DNA from: a virus
Lineage: Duplodnaviria > Caudoviricetes
Virus record (IMG/VR): IMGVR_UViG_2936345690_000002
Direction: 5' to 3' (one strand)
Length of the DNA stretch: 64,000 bases
The position numbers and the translations under genes were made by a program. The notes beneath the pieces were generated by a model, which saw nothing but the letters and a program-made list of their open reading frames with translations, was not told the origin of the DNA and searched no databases. Below are positions 28,382-37,571 of the stretch, one piece after another. How positions within the stretch are numbered: position 1 is the stretch's first letter; every line of letters begins with the position of its first letter.

Positions 28382-28821
28382 CCGAACTGGAACGCGCCAT
28401 GGCCGCGATGGAAGCAGCCATGGAGAAACACGACTACCACCACGCCGATGACATCGCATTGCGAATCGCCAAACTGAAGAAGGAGCAGACCATGAAAGTA
28501 GAAGACATTTCCCCCGCCTCGCAGACGCTCTGTGCCGTGGTTTCTCTGCGGCAGCTCCAGGCAGCATGCATCGCCATCACGGATCTAGACCCTGGCCTGA
28601 TCGACCAGGTGGCCATCAGCGGCGAGCGTGGGCCAGTCGATCCGCTGACTTTTCTCTCAAAGCTGGGAAGAGACGTATTTTGCGCCGTCGACCGCCTGGA
28701 GCGGTACCGCGCTGAGCAGCAGCGGCAGATGGAATGCCGTGGCACCGTTGAGGTGAAGCCTTCCCTGAGCGATGCGCAGGCATGGCCTGACCCTGCGGTA
28801 TGGCCGGAGCCAGCCGCATGA
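28378..28821 (+). CDS. Hypothetical phage protein
   Basis: ATGA-coupled. Confidence 0.55.
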   Translation: MTELERAMAAMEAAMEKHDYHHADDIALRIAKLKKEQTMKVEDISPASQTLCAVVSLRQLQAACIAITDLDPGLIDQVAISGERGPVDPLTFLSKLGRDVFCAVDRLERYRAEQQRQMECRGTVEVKPSLSDAQAWPDPAVWPEPAA

Positions 28822-29390
28822 CGCAGGAGTACCCCTTGCAATGGCCGACGAGCTGGCCGCGTACGCCACGCCCAGCCAAGAGCCAGTTCAAAACAAGTCT
28901 TTCCGCAGCGATCGACAACGTGCTCGGTTCGCTCCGCCTGTTTGGCGCTGACAGCGGGCGCAAGGTTGAAAAGGTCGTGGTGTCGAGCAACGTGTCCCTG
29001 ATGGACCGGAACCCGAAGGATTCGGGCGTTGCGGTCTATTTCACCTGGGACGGCATCGCCACCTGCATTGCCGTCGATCGCTACCTCAAGCTCGAGGAAA
29101 ACCTGCAGGCGATCCATCACGTCATCGAAGCGGAACGGACGAAACTCCGGCACGGTGGCCTGAACCTGGTGCGTGCCTCCTTCCGCGGCTATGCCGCCTT
29201 GCCTTCGCCGTTGGCTTTCCCAGACTCGCCGTGGGAAGTGCTGGGCATCCAGCCGGGCGTATCGCGCGAGGAAATCGAGCGGGCGTTCCGTGAAAAGGCG
29301 AAATCGGCTCATCCTGACGCCGGAGGCGATCCTGACGCGATGGCACGCCTCAACGATGCCAGGGCGGCGGCTTTGCGGGGTGCTGCGTGA
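28818..29390 (+). CDS. Phage J-domain protein
   Basis: YPLQWP N-terminus; C-terminal PWEVLGI...AHPDAGG...LNDA. Confidence 0.85.
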   Translation: MTQEYPLQWPTSWPRTPRPAKSQFKTSLSAAIDNVLGSLRLFGADSGRKVEKVVVSSNVSLMDRNPKDSGVAVYFTWDGIATCIAVDRYLKLEENLQAIHHVIEAERTKLRHGGLNLVRASFRGYAALPSPLAFPDSPWEVLGIQPGVSREEIERAFREKAKSAHPDAGGDPDAMARLNDARAAALRGAA

Positions 29391-29636
29391 CCGGGAATGG
29401 GCAGATTTCCGAGCTGGAGGCGGCGCACAACGCCATCCGCGACCTGTCGGAGCGGCTACGGCTTGCCCGGGAAGGGCTGATGCTCTGGCGACACGGCTAC
29501 CCGATGGGGGAAGCCGGCCGGAAGGCGCTCGACGCCACTGATTTAACCAAGCCACTCAAGGAGGAGCCATGACCTATTTCCGCTTTGCCTGCGCCCTGTC
29601 CTTCGCCTGCTGGATTTTGCTGTTCGGGTATCCGTC

Positions 29637-29969
29637 ATGAGTGAGTTAGCGGATATTGCGCTGGCCTTTGCCAAGGAGGTGATGGGCTGGGAGAACTGCC
29701 GAGAGGCTACGCTGTATCAGGACGCCGTATGCGGGCACAACCCGGCCTGCAATGAGGGGCAGATTTTCTCTTATGGAAAGCTCGATTCAGTAATGGCTGC
29801 GGTGCGGGAGTGGTGCGACGATGCCGAGCAAGGGCTTACCATCGCCTACTATGCGGGGTTGCCGAACGCTCCGTGGCGGGTGGTGATTCCTTGGGAAGCA
29901 GAGGTAATGCACGATAACCTCTGCCAAGCCCTCATGGCCGCCTGTCTGGAAGCGAAGCGGAAGCTATGA
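29637..29969 (+). CDS. Hypothetical phage protein (ABA-sandwich-like)
   Basis: AKEVMGW ... LCQALMAACL pattern. Confidence 0.55.
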   Translation: MSELADIALAFAKEVMGWENCREATLYQDAVCGHNPACNEGQIFSYGKLDSVMAAVREWCDDAEQGLTIAYYAGLPNAPWRVVIPWEAEVMHDNLCQALMAACLEAKRKL

Positions 29970-30114
29970 ACTGGGCGGAGCAAATCGCCAAAGGCAGGGA
30001 AACGCCGCACCATCTGGCCTACTGGCTGCCGGGGGCGACGTTCCTCTCCGCGTGGATTGCCGCGCTGGTTTGGGCGCTTCAGGACAAAGAACCGCCGGGG
30101 CGGGAGCGGTAGCC

Positions 30115-30534
30115 ATGCAGCACAAAGCACGAAGGCGAAAGCGATTCTTCAGCAACCAGAAAGGCCGGTGCGGCTACTGCGAGGATGGGATGCGGTTTCC
30201 GGAGAGTGGCAAACCTCATCCGCTCGATGCGACGTTCGACCACCTGATTCCCCGTGCCCGGTGGCAAGGGGATAAAGGCAGCCGTTCACGCAACAGCAAC
30301 CTGGTGCTCTGCTGTCGCGATTGCAACGAAGCGAAGGCCAACATGACTCCGCGTGAGTTCCTTCGGGCGATCTGGCTGCTGGGCCAGCTGCCTGATTTTG
30401 AGATGATGATGCTCCCCTCGCCGCCCGACGGCATCCCGATATGCCTGCCTGGCCAGCCGACTGCCTGGCTGGATGGCGCGGCGGAAATGCCGCCCCAAGA
30501 GGTCATGGCCAGCGTTTCTTCCACCGTGGCATAA
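30115..30534 (+). CDS. HNH endonuclease
   Basis: QKGRCGYC, TFDHLIPR, NLVLCCRDCNEAK. Confidence 0.85.
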   Translation: MQHKARRRKRFFSNQKGRCGYCEDGMRFPESGKPHPLDATFDHLIPRARWQGDKGSRSRNSNLVLCCRDCNEAKANMTPREFLRAIWLLGQLPDFEMMMLPSPPDGIPICLPGQPTAWLDGAAEMPPQEVMASVSSTVA

Positions 30535-30539
30535 AGACA

Positions 30540-30596
30540 GGCGGCTCGGGGGATTCCGCCGTAACATTTCGCCGTATGCGTAGGGTGTATAAGGAA
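30540..30596 (+). other. Putative MOBF-type oriT (nic after 30588)
   Basis: TGCGTAGGGTGT^ATA resembles the F, R388 and pKM101 nic sites; upstream GGCGG/CCGCC inverted repeat; 75 bp before the relaxase. Confidence 0.65.
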
Positions 30597-30662
30597 GCCA
30601 ATTCTTGCTCCAAACCGGCTCGGCGCTATGATGCGGGTGACGCTCAACCGTGAGGCTGCCCC

Positions 30663-32309
30663 ATGATTAACGCCACCTTCCCCGCTAACGCTGAGGCTGC
30701 CATCGGCTACTACGGCCACGCGGGCACGGAGCTGGAGAAGGTCGGGGAATGGCAGGGCAAAGGGGCGGAGAAGCTCGGCCTGTCCGGTGCCGTGGATATG
30801 GCCGACTGGCGGGCGCTTGTGCGGGGAAAAGCCCCTGACGGCACCAAGCTCGCCCAGCGACTGCGGGATGACCGCCGGGTGCTGCTCGATCTGACACTCA
30901 GCGTCAACAAGGATACCGCTGTGCTCCTCTCGCTGGTCGATCCCCGGATTGAAGGGGTAATCCAGCGGGCAAACGCGGTTGCGATGGAGCTGGCGGAATC
31001 CTACCTCGATACCCGCGTGAAGGGGCTGCTCGGCACGGAGACGGTGCAGTCGGCGGCGATGATCTCGGCACCGTTCTACCACCAGATCACCCGGGCGCGG
31101 GAGCCGGGCTACCACATCCACAACACGATCATCGCCCTCACGCCGTATAAAGACCGCTGGTATGCCCCGGAGTTTGACCGGCTGGTATCGAACAGCGACC
31201 GGATAAAACGGCTATTCCACAGCCAAGTCGCCCGGGGCATGCGGGAACTGGGCTACCAGACGGAGCTGACGAAAGACAATTTCCGCGTGGTCGGCTTCCC
31301 GGATTCCATTCGGCGGGAGTTTTCCACCGGACAGGGGAACATCGACCACGAGCAGGCGATGCGGGAGACGGCGCTGTCCGAGCAAATCCGCCGGACAAGC
31401 GATCCGGTCGAGCTGCGAAAGCTGGAGGGCAAGCTCGGCTTCGTCAAATCGCCGAAAGGCCGGGCGGCGCTGGCCGTGCAGGTGCGGGAGAAGAAGCAAC
31501 GCGATCTCGATCCGGCAACGCTCAAGGCAGATTGGTGGGGCAGGCTCACGCCCGAGGAGGCAAACGCCCTCCAAGCCGTCCTCCGGCAGGCGTCCAGCCG
31601 TGAACCCAGCAAGTTGCCTGACCATTCCCGGCAATTCTTCGGCCAGTCGGTCAACCGGCTGAGCCAGCAGTATGGCCGCGTGCCGGAGGAAGACCTGTTC
31701 ACCGACGCCCTCAAAACCGGCGTGGGCGAGGTGACGCTGGGCGGCCTGCGGCAAACGCTCGAGCAATCCGAGCTGCTGCGGGTCACGGTGAACGGCACGC
31801 CCATGGTGCAGACATGGGAAAACCGCCAGAAGGAAAAGGAGCTATTGGCGTTCGCCCGTTCCGGCGGCATCGTCTGGATCAGCGGCAAGCCGGACGCGGC
31901 CACCGTCCGCGAGGCCGAGCAGCGTGCGGGCAAAAACCCGCTCTGGGTCAAGGATGCGGGCAGCCAGCCGTTTGCCGAGCTGCACCGACTGAGTCAGGCA
32001 GCTGAGGCCGAGCAGCGTCGCATTGTGCTCCAGGGCCTGCCGCCGCGGAACGCCCCTGATGGCCACACGCTCCGCCTGCTGCAAGAGGTGGCCGGGCTGA
32101 AACCGCTTGACGATAAGCCTTTGAAGCCACGGTCAAGCGTGCTAAAGCTCCTGCCGAAAGCATGGCGGGAGTCGATGCAGCAGCACGTTGGTCGGCTGAA
32201 CCGGATGCATTTCTTCAAGTCCATCCAGCAGGAGCACGCCATCGATGAGCAGCGCACAAGAGCGGCTAAGGAGCAAGCTGAACGGCGTGAGGCCGTCTGG
32301 GAACGGTGA
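30663..32309 (+). CDS. mobF: MOBF (TrwC-family) relaxase with degenerate helicase region
   Basis: N-terminal YY, GEWQGKGA.KLGLSG, DLTLS..K, H..TR...P.YHIH His triad. Confidence 0.85.
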   Translation: MINATFPANAEAAIGYYGHAGTELEKVGEWQGKGAEKLGLSGAVDMADWRALVRGKAPDGTKLAQRLRDDRRVLLDLTLSVNKDTAVLLSLVDPRIEGVIQRANAVAMELAESYLDTRVKGLLGTETVQSAAMISAPFYHQITRAREPGYHIHNTIIALTPYKDRWYAPEFDRLVSNSDRIKRLFHSQVARGMRELGYQTELTKDNFRVVGFPDSIRREFSTGQGNIDHEQAMRETALSEQIRRTSDPVELRKLEGKLGFVKSPKGRAALAVQVREKKQRDLDPATLKADWWGRLTPEEANALQAVLRQASSREPSKLPDHSRQFFGQSVNRLSQQYGRVPEEDLFTDALKTGVGEVTLGGLRQTLEQSELLRVTVNGTPMVQTWENRQKEKELLAFARSGGIVWISGKPDAATVREAEQRAGKNPLWVKDAGSQPFAELHRLSQAAEAEQRRIVLQGLPPRNAPDGHTLRLLQEVAGLKPLDDKPLKPRSSVLKLLPKAWRESMQQHVGRLNRMHFFKSIQQEHAIDEQRTRAAKEQAERREAVWER

Positions 32310-32793
32310 GCCCACGCAGGCCGACGGCGTCGCCACGGCATCGTCCAGCAACAAGAAACGGGCGGAAGGGGCGAACCAGTCCAAGCTCTGCCTGCGGTAC
32401 TTCCCGCTCGAAAGCAGCCCCGGATTCGATAACCGCTGGCTGGCCATGCCCTATTCCTCGATCTGGGACATCAGGGGCAAGCGGGATTTTTCGCAGATGG
32501 TCGTTCGCTACATGGACGGCAAGAAGGTCACGATTGACGGGCCGAACCTGAAATCCATCGCCGACCGGCTGGAAGGCGGCCGCCTGGGCGACGTGATTCA
32601 GGCCGATCCGATGGAAATGGCCGGGGAGCGGCACTGCGTCACGCTCACCGTGCGGGGCGATGAGCTGGAGCCGCTGCTGCAGGCGCTCAAGCTGTTCCGC
32701 ACCGCGAAGGTGGATGGCGTTCACGCTGCGGACGATAGCGATCTGTTGCAATGCCTCGTGACCAAGCTCACGCTGGAGCAGGAGAAGGTGTGA
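32245..32793 (+). CDS. Hypothetical protein downstream of the relaxase
   Basis: ORF overlapping the relaxase end; start uncertain. Confidence 0.5.
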   Translation: MSSAQERLRSKLNGVRPSGNGEPTQADGVATASSSNKKRAEGANQSKLCLRYFPLESSPGFDNRWLAMPYSSIWDIRGKRDFSQMVVRYMDGKKVTIDGPNLKSIADRLEGGRLGDVIQADPMEMAGERHCVTLTVRGDELEPLLQALKLFRTAKVDGVHAADDSDLLQCLVTKLTLEQEKV

Positions 32794-32905
32794 TGCTGGC
32801 GGTGGCATCCGGTGGGGATAAGCGAGCGAAGCGAGCGCGCGGCGGCGGTCGCGCCAGTTAGCTGGGTGACTGAATGGGGCGGCGTGGCTAGCCGCCCCGT
32901 GGCGG

Positions 32906-33328
32906 TCAGGCGGCTTCGCCGGTGGCTGCTGCGTGAGCCTCGAATATCGCCTGATAATCCCGCTCCAGCTGCTCCGCGTTGTCATTCTCGCCAGCCGAAT
33001 AGGCCAGCTCGATTTGCTCGCGGCCATGCTTCACCAGCGGTTCGATAGCCGCCAGCAGCTTCGGCGCGGCATGCATCAGCCGCACGCGGGCGGCGTTCTC
33101 CTCGTGCGTGCCGAACGGAGCGCCGGTGATTCGCTGGTAGAGGTCTTGCGCCTGCTGCTCGGTCTGGCAATCGGCGATGGCCTCCACGCCTTCTCCGTCG
33201 ATGTGGCCGTAGAGCGTCCAGCAATCGGCTTCCGCCCGTTCGCAAACCTCGAAATAGAAATGGCCGGGCTTGTCAGGTTCTTCGTAGCGGCGGCACGGGC
33301 TGATTTCGTAGTTGTCGAATACCTTCAT
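32906..33328 (-). CDS. Hypothetical protein (AAPxLL motif)
   Basis: AAGGA RBS; WTLYGH, HAAPKLL. Confidence 0.65.
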   Translation of the reverse strand: MKVFDNYEISPCRRYEEPDKPGHFYFEVCERAEADCWTLYGHIDGEGVEAIADCQTEQQAQDLYQRITGAPFGTHEENAARVRLMHAAPKLLAAIEPLVKHGREQIELAYSAGENDNAEQLERDYQAIFEAHAAATGEAA

Positions 33329-33380
33329 GGTGTTTTCCTTCCTTGGTTGCGGGGCAGGCATGCAACCCGCCCCTCGGTAG

Positions 33381-33590
33381 TTATGCCTTCTTCGCGGCGA
33401 GCCTGTCGGCCTCGTCCATGGCTTTCCGCAATGCTATGGCCTTATCAATCGGCGCTTCGCTCTCTGCCGTGAATGTTGCGCGCTTCGCTTGGCCGTGTCC
33501 TTCGCTGGATACGACAATCACGAAGTCCAGCCCGTTCCTGACCACGCGGAATGTGCCGTTGTCGTGGTGGATATTGGAAATGCTCAACAT
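33381..33590 (-). CDS. Small hypothetical protein
   Basis: AAGGA RBS; MLSISNI. Confidence 0.5.
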   Translation of the reverse strand: MLSISNIHHDNGTFRVVRNGLDFVIVVSSEGHGQAKRATFTAESEAPIDKAIALRKAMDEADRLAAKKA

Positions 33591-33654
33591 AAGTTTTAAT
33601 TCCTTGGTGGTGGGGCGGCAGGCCAGCGCCGCCCCGGTTGATTCATGGCTCCGG

Positions 33655-34038
33655 CTACCAGCTCGCCTGATAGACGACAGAGCGCCAAACGCCCTCTTCT
33701 TCCTCTTCCAGCCACGCGATGGCTTCCCGGAAGATGGCCAGATCTTCCTCCTTCTCGCTGCCGTCGCTGGCACCGAAAAAGAAGCCGGTCGTATGAGGCA
33801 ACTGCTCCGCCTCAACCGCCGCGATAATCCGCTCCATCCGTTCCTTATCCAGATAGATGGGCTGGCACTCGTCCTCGCCGCCCGCGAATTCCTTGACGAT
33901 GAAGCCGTGAAGGTTCGGGTGCTTCCGCCAGTAGCCGAGGTCGTAGCGCTCCCCCTTCTTGTCGCCGCGCTTCCGCTTTACTCCATGGAAGTATTTTTCT
34001 CCGGTGAGGTACATATCGAGTCCCATAGCAAACTCCAT
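33655..34038 (-). CDS. Conserved phage/plasmid hypothetical protein
   Basis: MGLDMYL, YWRKH.NLHG, GFFFG, YQASW. Confidence 0.75.
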   Translation of the reverse strand: MEFAMGLDMYLTGEKYFHGVKRKRGDKKGERYDLGYWRKHPNLHGFIVKEFAGGEDECQPIYLDKERMERIIAAVEAEQLPHTTGFFFGASDGSEKEEDLAIFREAIAWLEEEEEGVWRSVVYQASW

Positions 34039-34062
34039 TTTGCTGTTAATCGTTAGGTGTGC

Positions 34063-34291
34063 GTTTCAGGTCGGCTTCTTCGCCGTCCTGAAACCTTGCC
34101 AAGCGGCGAGCTGGGCGGGGTGAATCCGCAAGGGTCGCCGGGCCGTCTGCACGGAGCGCAGCGCAGGAAGATGGTTCGGCGACTCGCGCAGCCCTTGCGG
34201 AGAGGGGGCGGAACTGCCCCCTCCTGCGTCAGGAATGCGCAGGGCCTGGTCGCCGCAAGGCGACGGAGCGAACAGCGACCCCGGAGCACTC
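34063..34291. promoter_or_regulatory. Structured intergenic element (Frpo/ssi/CUP-like), copy 1
   Basis: Nested hairpins GTTTCAGG/CCTGAAAC, TCCGCAAGGG/CCCTTGCGGA and GAGGGGGC/GCCCCCTC. Confidence 0.5.
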
Positions 34292-34434
34292 CGCCCGGAC
34301 GCCCTACCCGGCATTCCGCTTCAGCGCCGCCCGCTTTCTGCATCTATCGCACGGGCAACTTGACAACCACAGAATGCCCTTGATGGCTGCTGTCACAACG
34401 AAAGCCGCGACGCACAAAATCCACACCAATAAAT

Positions 34435-34806
34435 TCATACAATCCCCGCCTGCTTGCGGATGGCGGAAAGGGCGGCTTGTGCATCTGGCGCGCGGGTTTC
34501 CCATTCGCGCTCCAGCACCACGTCAACCAATTCAGGCTCTATCGTGATGCCAGTGACGATCTGCCTGCGCCGTATAGCTCGCGCCATATCCTCCACCGTT
34601 TCCGGGTCATCCAGCAGGGCGCGGAGATAGACATCAATAAATGAACTGCGGATAGATTCCCCTGCCTGCCGAATGAGAAAAGCCCGGTTATCGGCTCGAG
34701 TTTCATCCCATGTGCCGTTGTCGTAACCCTGACTATACCGATAGACGGTTTCCCATCGCGCTTTAGCGACCGCCTCAAGCGCCCGTTCATGTGCTGTCTG
34801 TGTCAT
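34435..34806 (-). CDS. Hypothetical protein (MTQTAHER...)
   Basis: TGATG-coupled. Confidence 0.55.
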   Translation of the reverse strand: MTQTAHERALEAVAKARWETVYRYSQGYDNGTWDETRADNRAFLIRQAGESIRSSFIDVYLRALLDDPETVEDMARAIRRRQIVTGITIEPELVDVVLEREWETRAPDAQAALSAIRKQAGIV

Positions 34807-35117
34807 CAATATAAATCCTCGCTGAATAGTTCCTTGCTGTCGGGGTTCCCGCTCTTGTGACGAATCTGGCCAGCGGCGGTAGCCACCTCGAATGCCTCCC
34901 TCCGGTTCATGAACACGCCCCGCTGGTCGATGAAACCCTGCTCGGCTTTGTGAACCGCCTTCGTGTAGCCGCTGACCACGTTGAATTCCGGCATCCGGGC
35001 AAGCTGACCGTGCATCACCATGTCGAAATGCCGCGCCCCGGCGATGATCGTATCGCCGATCTTGCAGGCGGCGCAGACAACGCGGCGCTGAGTGCGGTCG
35101 TGACCGGGCGTGGTCAT
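34806..35117 (-). CDS. Conserved phage hypothetical protein
   Basis: VVCAA, GARH, QGFIDQ.G.F..R.EA, LFSEDLY. Confidence 0.75.
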   Translation of the reverse strand: MTTPGHDRTQRRVVCAACKIGDTIIAGARHFDMVMHGQLARMPEFNVVSGYTKAVHKAEQGFIDQRGVFMNRREAFEVATAAGQIRHKSGNPDSKELFSEDLY

Positions 35118-35482
35118 ACTGCGGTTCCTTTCTCTGCCGTTGGTTTATCGAAGCGGGCAAGCCCGAGAGGAAGCGGCAAACTCTCGCGTGATCCATCCGC
35201 GTTTATCCGCGAGTAGCTGATGACATGGAGCATCAGCCCTTCCTGTTCCAGCGGCACCACGGCGGCTTTGCCCTCCATGATGGCCGCAATCGCCGCTTCG
35301 CCGAGCTTCTGCCGGAGCGGGTCGGCGCGCAGCGCGGCCTTCGCATCCTTATGAGCCTGCCGCCCGTCGCGGTGGCCACGCATCTGATCCACCGGCTTGG
35401 GCTGGTTGAGCGCGTCCCGGTTGCGGTTCTGCCAGATGGCCGCCCGGATGGTTTGGATGGCTTCTTCGTGATGCGTGGTCAT
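35114..35482 (-). CDS. Hypothetical protein
   Basis: ATGA-coupled; AAGGA RBS. Confidence 0.55.
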   Translation of the reverse strand: MTTHHEEAIQTIRAAIWQNRNRDALNQPKPVDQMRGHRDGRQAHKDAKAALRADPLRQKLGEAAIAAIMEGKAAVVPLEQEGLMLHVISYSRINADGSRESLPLPLGLARFDKPTAEKGTAV

Positions 35483-35766
35483 GCAGCGGTTCCTTTAAGT
35501 TTGTCGCGGATGGCGCGGGCTTTACCGAAAGCGGCCTCCATCTCCTCGGACTGCCAGCTGGCCTCATAGCAGGTACGGTCGTGGATGTGGTCGAAGGCGA
35601 GGATAGCGTCCAGCGCCTCCAACAGCTCGGAGGTGTCGGCGGCGTGCTGACAAATTATCTCATTAACCTTGTCCAGCGGCACATAGGCGCACAAGCTAAC
35701 CAAGACATGGGGCAGCGACTGCACCTTCTCGATCATCTCCTTCATGTTTCCTTGCTCGATGGTCAT
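35479..35766 (-). CDS. Hypothetical protein
   Basis: Starts within a junction repeat. Confidence 0.55.
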   Translation of the reverse strand: MTIEQGNMKEMIEKVQSLPHVLVSLCAYVPLDKVNEIICQHAADTSELLEALDAILAFDHIHDRTCYEASWQSEEMEAAFGKARAIRDKLKGTAA

Positions 35767-35975
35767 GCCGCCTCGCTTTCCGGCTGCTTCGGCGTGAAGC
35801 CGTCGCAGCTTTTCAGCCATAGCGGGTCGTAGTTGAACGGCCAGGCGAACCAGCCCTTGCGGATGCCGTGCGGGTCGCCGGTCACGGCAGCGGCGGGGTT
35901 GGCGCATTGGCTATGGGCATCGCCGGGCAGGTTGCGGCGGAAGATGCAGGCGTAGCAGTTGGGTTTCGGGGTCAT
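35763..35975 (-). CDS. Small Cys-rich phage protein
   Basis: CYAC..GDAHSQC..GWFAWPFNYDP.W..C. Confidence 0.65.
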   Translation of the reverse strand: MTPKPNCYACIFRRNLPGDAHSQCANPAAAVTGDPHGIRKGWFAWPFNYDPLWLKSCDGFTPKQPESEAA

Positions 35976-36271
35976 GCCGCCTCGCTTTCCGGCCACATGC
36001 CAAGCTCACGCAGGGCGGCCTTTTTCGCTTCCGGCAGCGCTTCCAGGGTCAGGATGCTGTCGGGGTGGATGTAGACACGGCTTACCGGGTGCAGCTTACT
36101 TCCGGGTCGATTCCGGTAATCCCAGTCGTCAACGAGGTGGTGGGCGTTGCGTGTACCGTAAGCGTCGTAGTCGCCAGCGGCGGTAGCGCGGAGTATGACC
36201 GTCAAATTGCAGTGCTTCGCCGCCCATGCGGCAGTCAGCGGGTCGGTGAAGAAGAGGTGCTTCTGGGTCAT
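35972..36271 (-). CDS. Hypothetical protein (MTQKHLFF...)
   Basis: Bounded by junction repeats. Confidence 0.55.
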   Translation of the reverse strand: MTQKHLFFTDPLTAAWAAKHCNLTVILRATAAGDYDAYGTRNAHHLVDDWDYRNRPGSKLHPVSRVYIHPDSILTLEALPEAKKAALRELGMWPESEAA

Positions 36272-36879
36272 GCCGCCTCGCTTTCCACCGTCATCTCGGC
36301 GATGGCATCGTCCACCAGCTTGTAAAGCGAGCATCCGAGAGGGATGTCTTCGAGCGCGGCCTGCTGGCTGGGGGCGTAGGCTTTCTGCTGGCTGTTCGAT
36401 ACCTTGTACCGATTCCAGCCGAGCACCTGCTCCGCGATGATCGCCCCGCGCTTCCAGTTTTCGCAGATCAGTTCTTCGACGCGGCTCCATGCCCGTGCCG
36501 CGTCTTCTTCAGCCCTGGCCAGCTTGTCCTTCAGGATGCCGACTTCACCGCCGGGATGGGTCATCCGCTCAAGGTAGGCATCCCAGCCGTGGGTCTTGAT
36601 CCAGAGCGCGGAGCTGATGACGGCCTGGTGCATCGCCCCGGTTGTTCCGAACTCGCCTGCCGCGTCGCAGGCGGCCTTGCTCAACGCCTTCGCGTCTTCG
36701 TTATCCTCGTCGATCACGTCGTAAACGTTCGAGTAGCCGGTAAATCGGGGGTCTGCCTCCGGGTGGCCGTCCAGCCATTCCAGCGCGGCGATCAGCATCC
36801 GGCGGCAACATTCCTCGTAGGCTCCGCCAAAGCCGCTGATTTCGCGCATGGCGGGGGTAAATTTGTACTTCTGGGGCAT
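36268..36879 (-). CDS. Hypothetical protein
   Basis: GAGG RBS; ends in ESEAA. Confidence 0.6.
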   Translation of the reverse strand: MPQKYKFTPAMREISGFGGAYEECCRRMLIAALEWLDGHPEADPRFTGYSNVYDVIDEDNEDAKALSKAACDAAGEFGTTGAMHQAVISSALWIKTHGWDAYLERMTHPGGEVGILKDKLARAEEDAARAWSRVEELICENWKRGAIIAEQVLGWNRYKVSNSQQKAYAPSQQAALEDIPLGCSLYKLVDDAIAEMTVESEAA

Positions 36880-36965
36880 AGCACCTCTCTTTCAGGTTGG
36901 TTGTTAGCGAGCCGCAGGGCGGCGAGCGCGGCGGGTTGCCCCGCCGTGCCCTGTTGGTTGACTGA

Positions 36966-37520
36966 CTATGCGGCGGTGGCCTTGGTGATGGCATCGTCAT
37001 TCCCTTGAATCCTCTGAGTGAGGAGCAAGTCGATTTCAGGCCAGCGCGGATGGTTTTTGTCAGCCACCAGCCGCATTAGTTCGATCGTGTCGTTAGTCAG
37101 CACCAGCCTATCCAGCAGCTCCGGCGCGGCGGCGATCAGCCGGGCGTTGGCCAATGCCTCGGCACGCGGTCGTGGCGCATACTGGAAGTCACCGACTTGG
37201 GCGACGATGGAGCCGGTAGCATCATCGCAATAGACCAGTACCGGGCTTTCTCCACGGCTCGGATCGCCGCACTCCCACGGCCCCGGCGTGTGCCGTGCCG
37301 TGTCCGTCTGCGGTTCAGCGTTGTCCAGCGGCTCCAAATCGGCAACCGGCACGGTGAAGAACGGGTAGTCGCCATCGCTCTGGAGCGTCACGCTCCGGTG
37401 TTCGACCCCGGTTGCCCGCGTGTCGTCACCGACCACTCCGTAGTTCGGCTTGATGCAGTCGTAGACGATGGTTCCGGCAGGGGTGCCAAATCGCTCCGCT
37501 TTCAGTTTGTATTTCCTCAT
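36966..37520 (-). CDS. Phage hypothetical protein (HTPGPW...ANARLIAAAPEL)
   Basis: Characteristic phage motif; GGAGG RBS. Confidence 0.7.
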   Translation of the reverse strand: MRKYKLKAERFGTPAGTIVYDCIKPNYGVVGDDTRATGVEHRSVTLQSDGDYPFFTVPVADLEPLDNAEPQTDTARHTPGPWECGDPSRGESPVLVYCDDATGSIVAQVGDFQYAPRPRAEALANARLIAAAPELLDRLVLTNDTIELMRLVADKNHPRWPEIDLLLTQRIQGNDDAITKATAA

Positions 37521-37571
37521 GATGTGCCTCCATGCTGTTGGTGGGCGGCGCATCCACGCCGCCCGGTTTCG

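Larger units (their letters stand above)
35761..36286. repeat. Three identical 21-bp gene-junction repeats GGTCATGCCGCCTCGCTTTCC
   Basis: At 35761, 35970 and 36266. Confidence 0.9.

Noticed and set aside
34051-34060. CGTTAGGTGT as a second nic site
   Set aside because: Only a partial match, lacking the TGCG start and ATA end, with no upstream inverted repeat; could be chance.
35761-36286. 21-bp repeats as a CRISPR array
   Set aside because: Spacers are 188 and 275 bp coding ORFs, and no cas genes are present.
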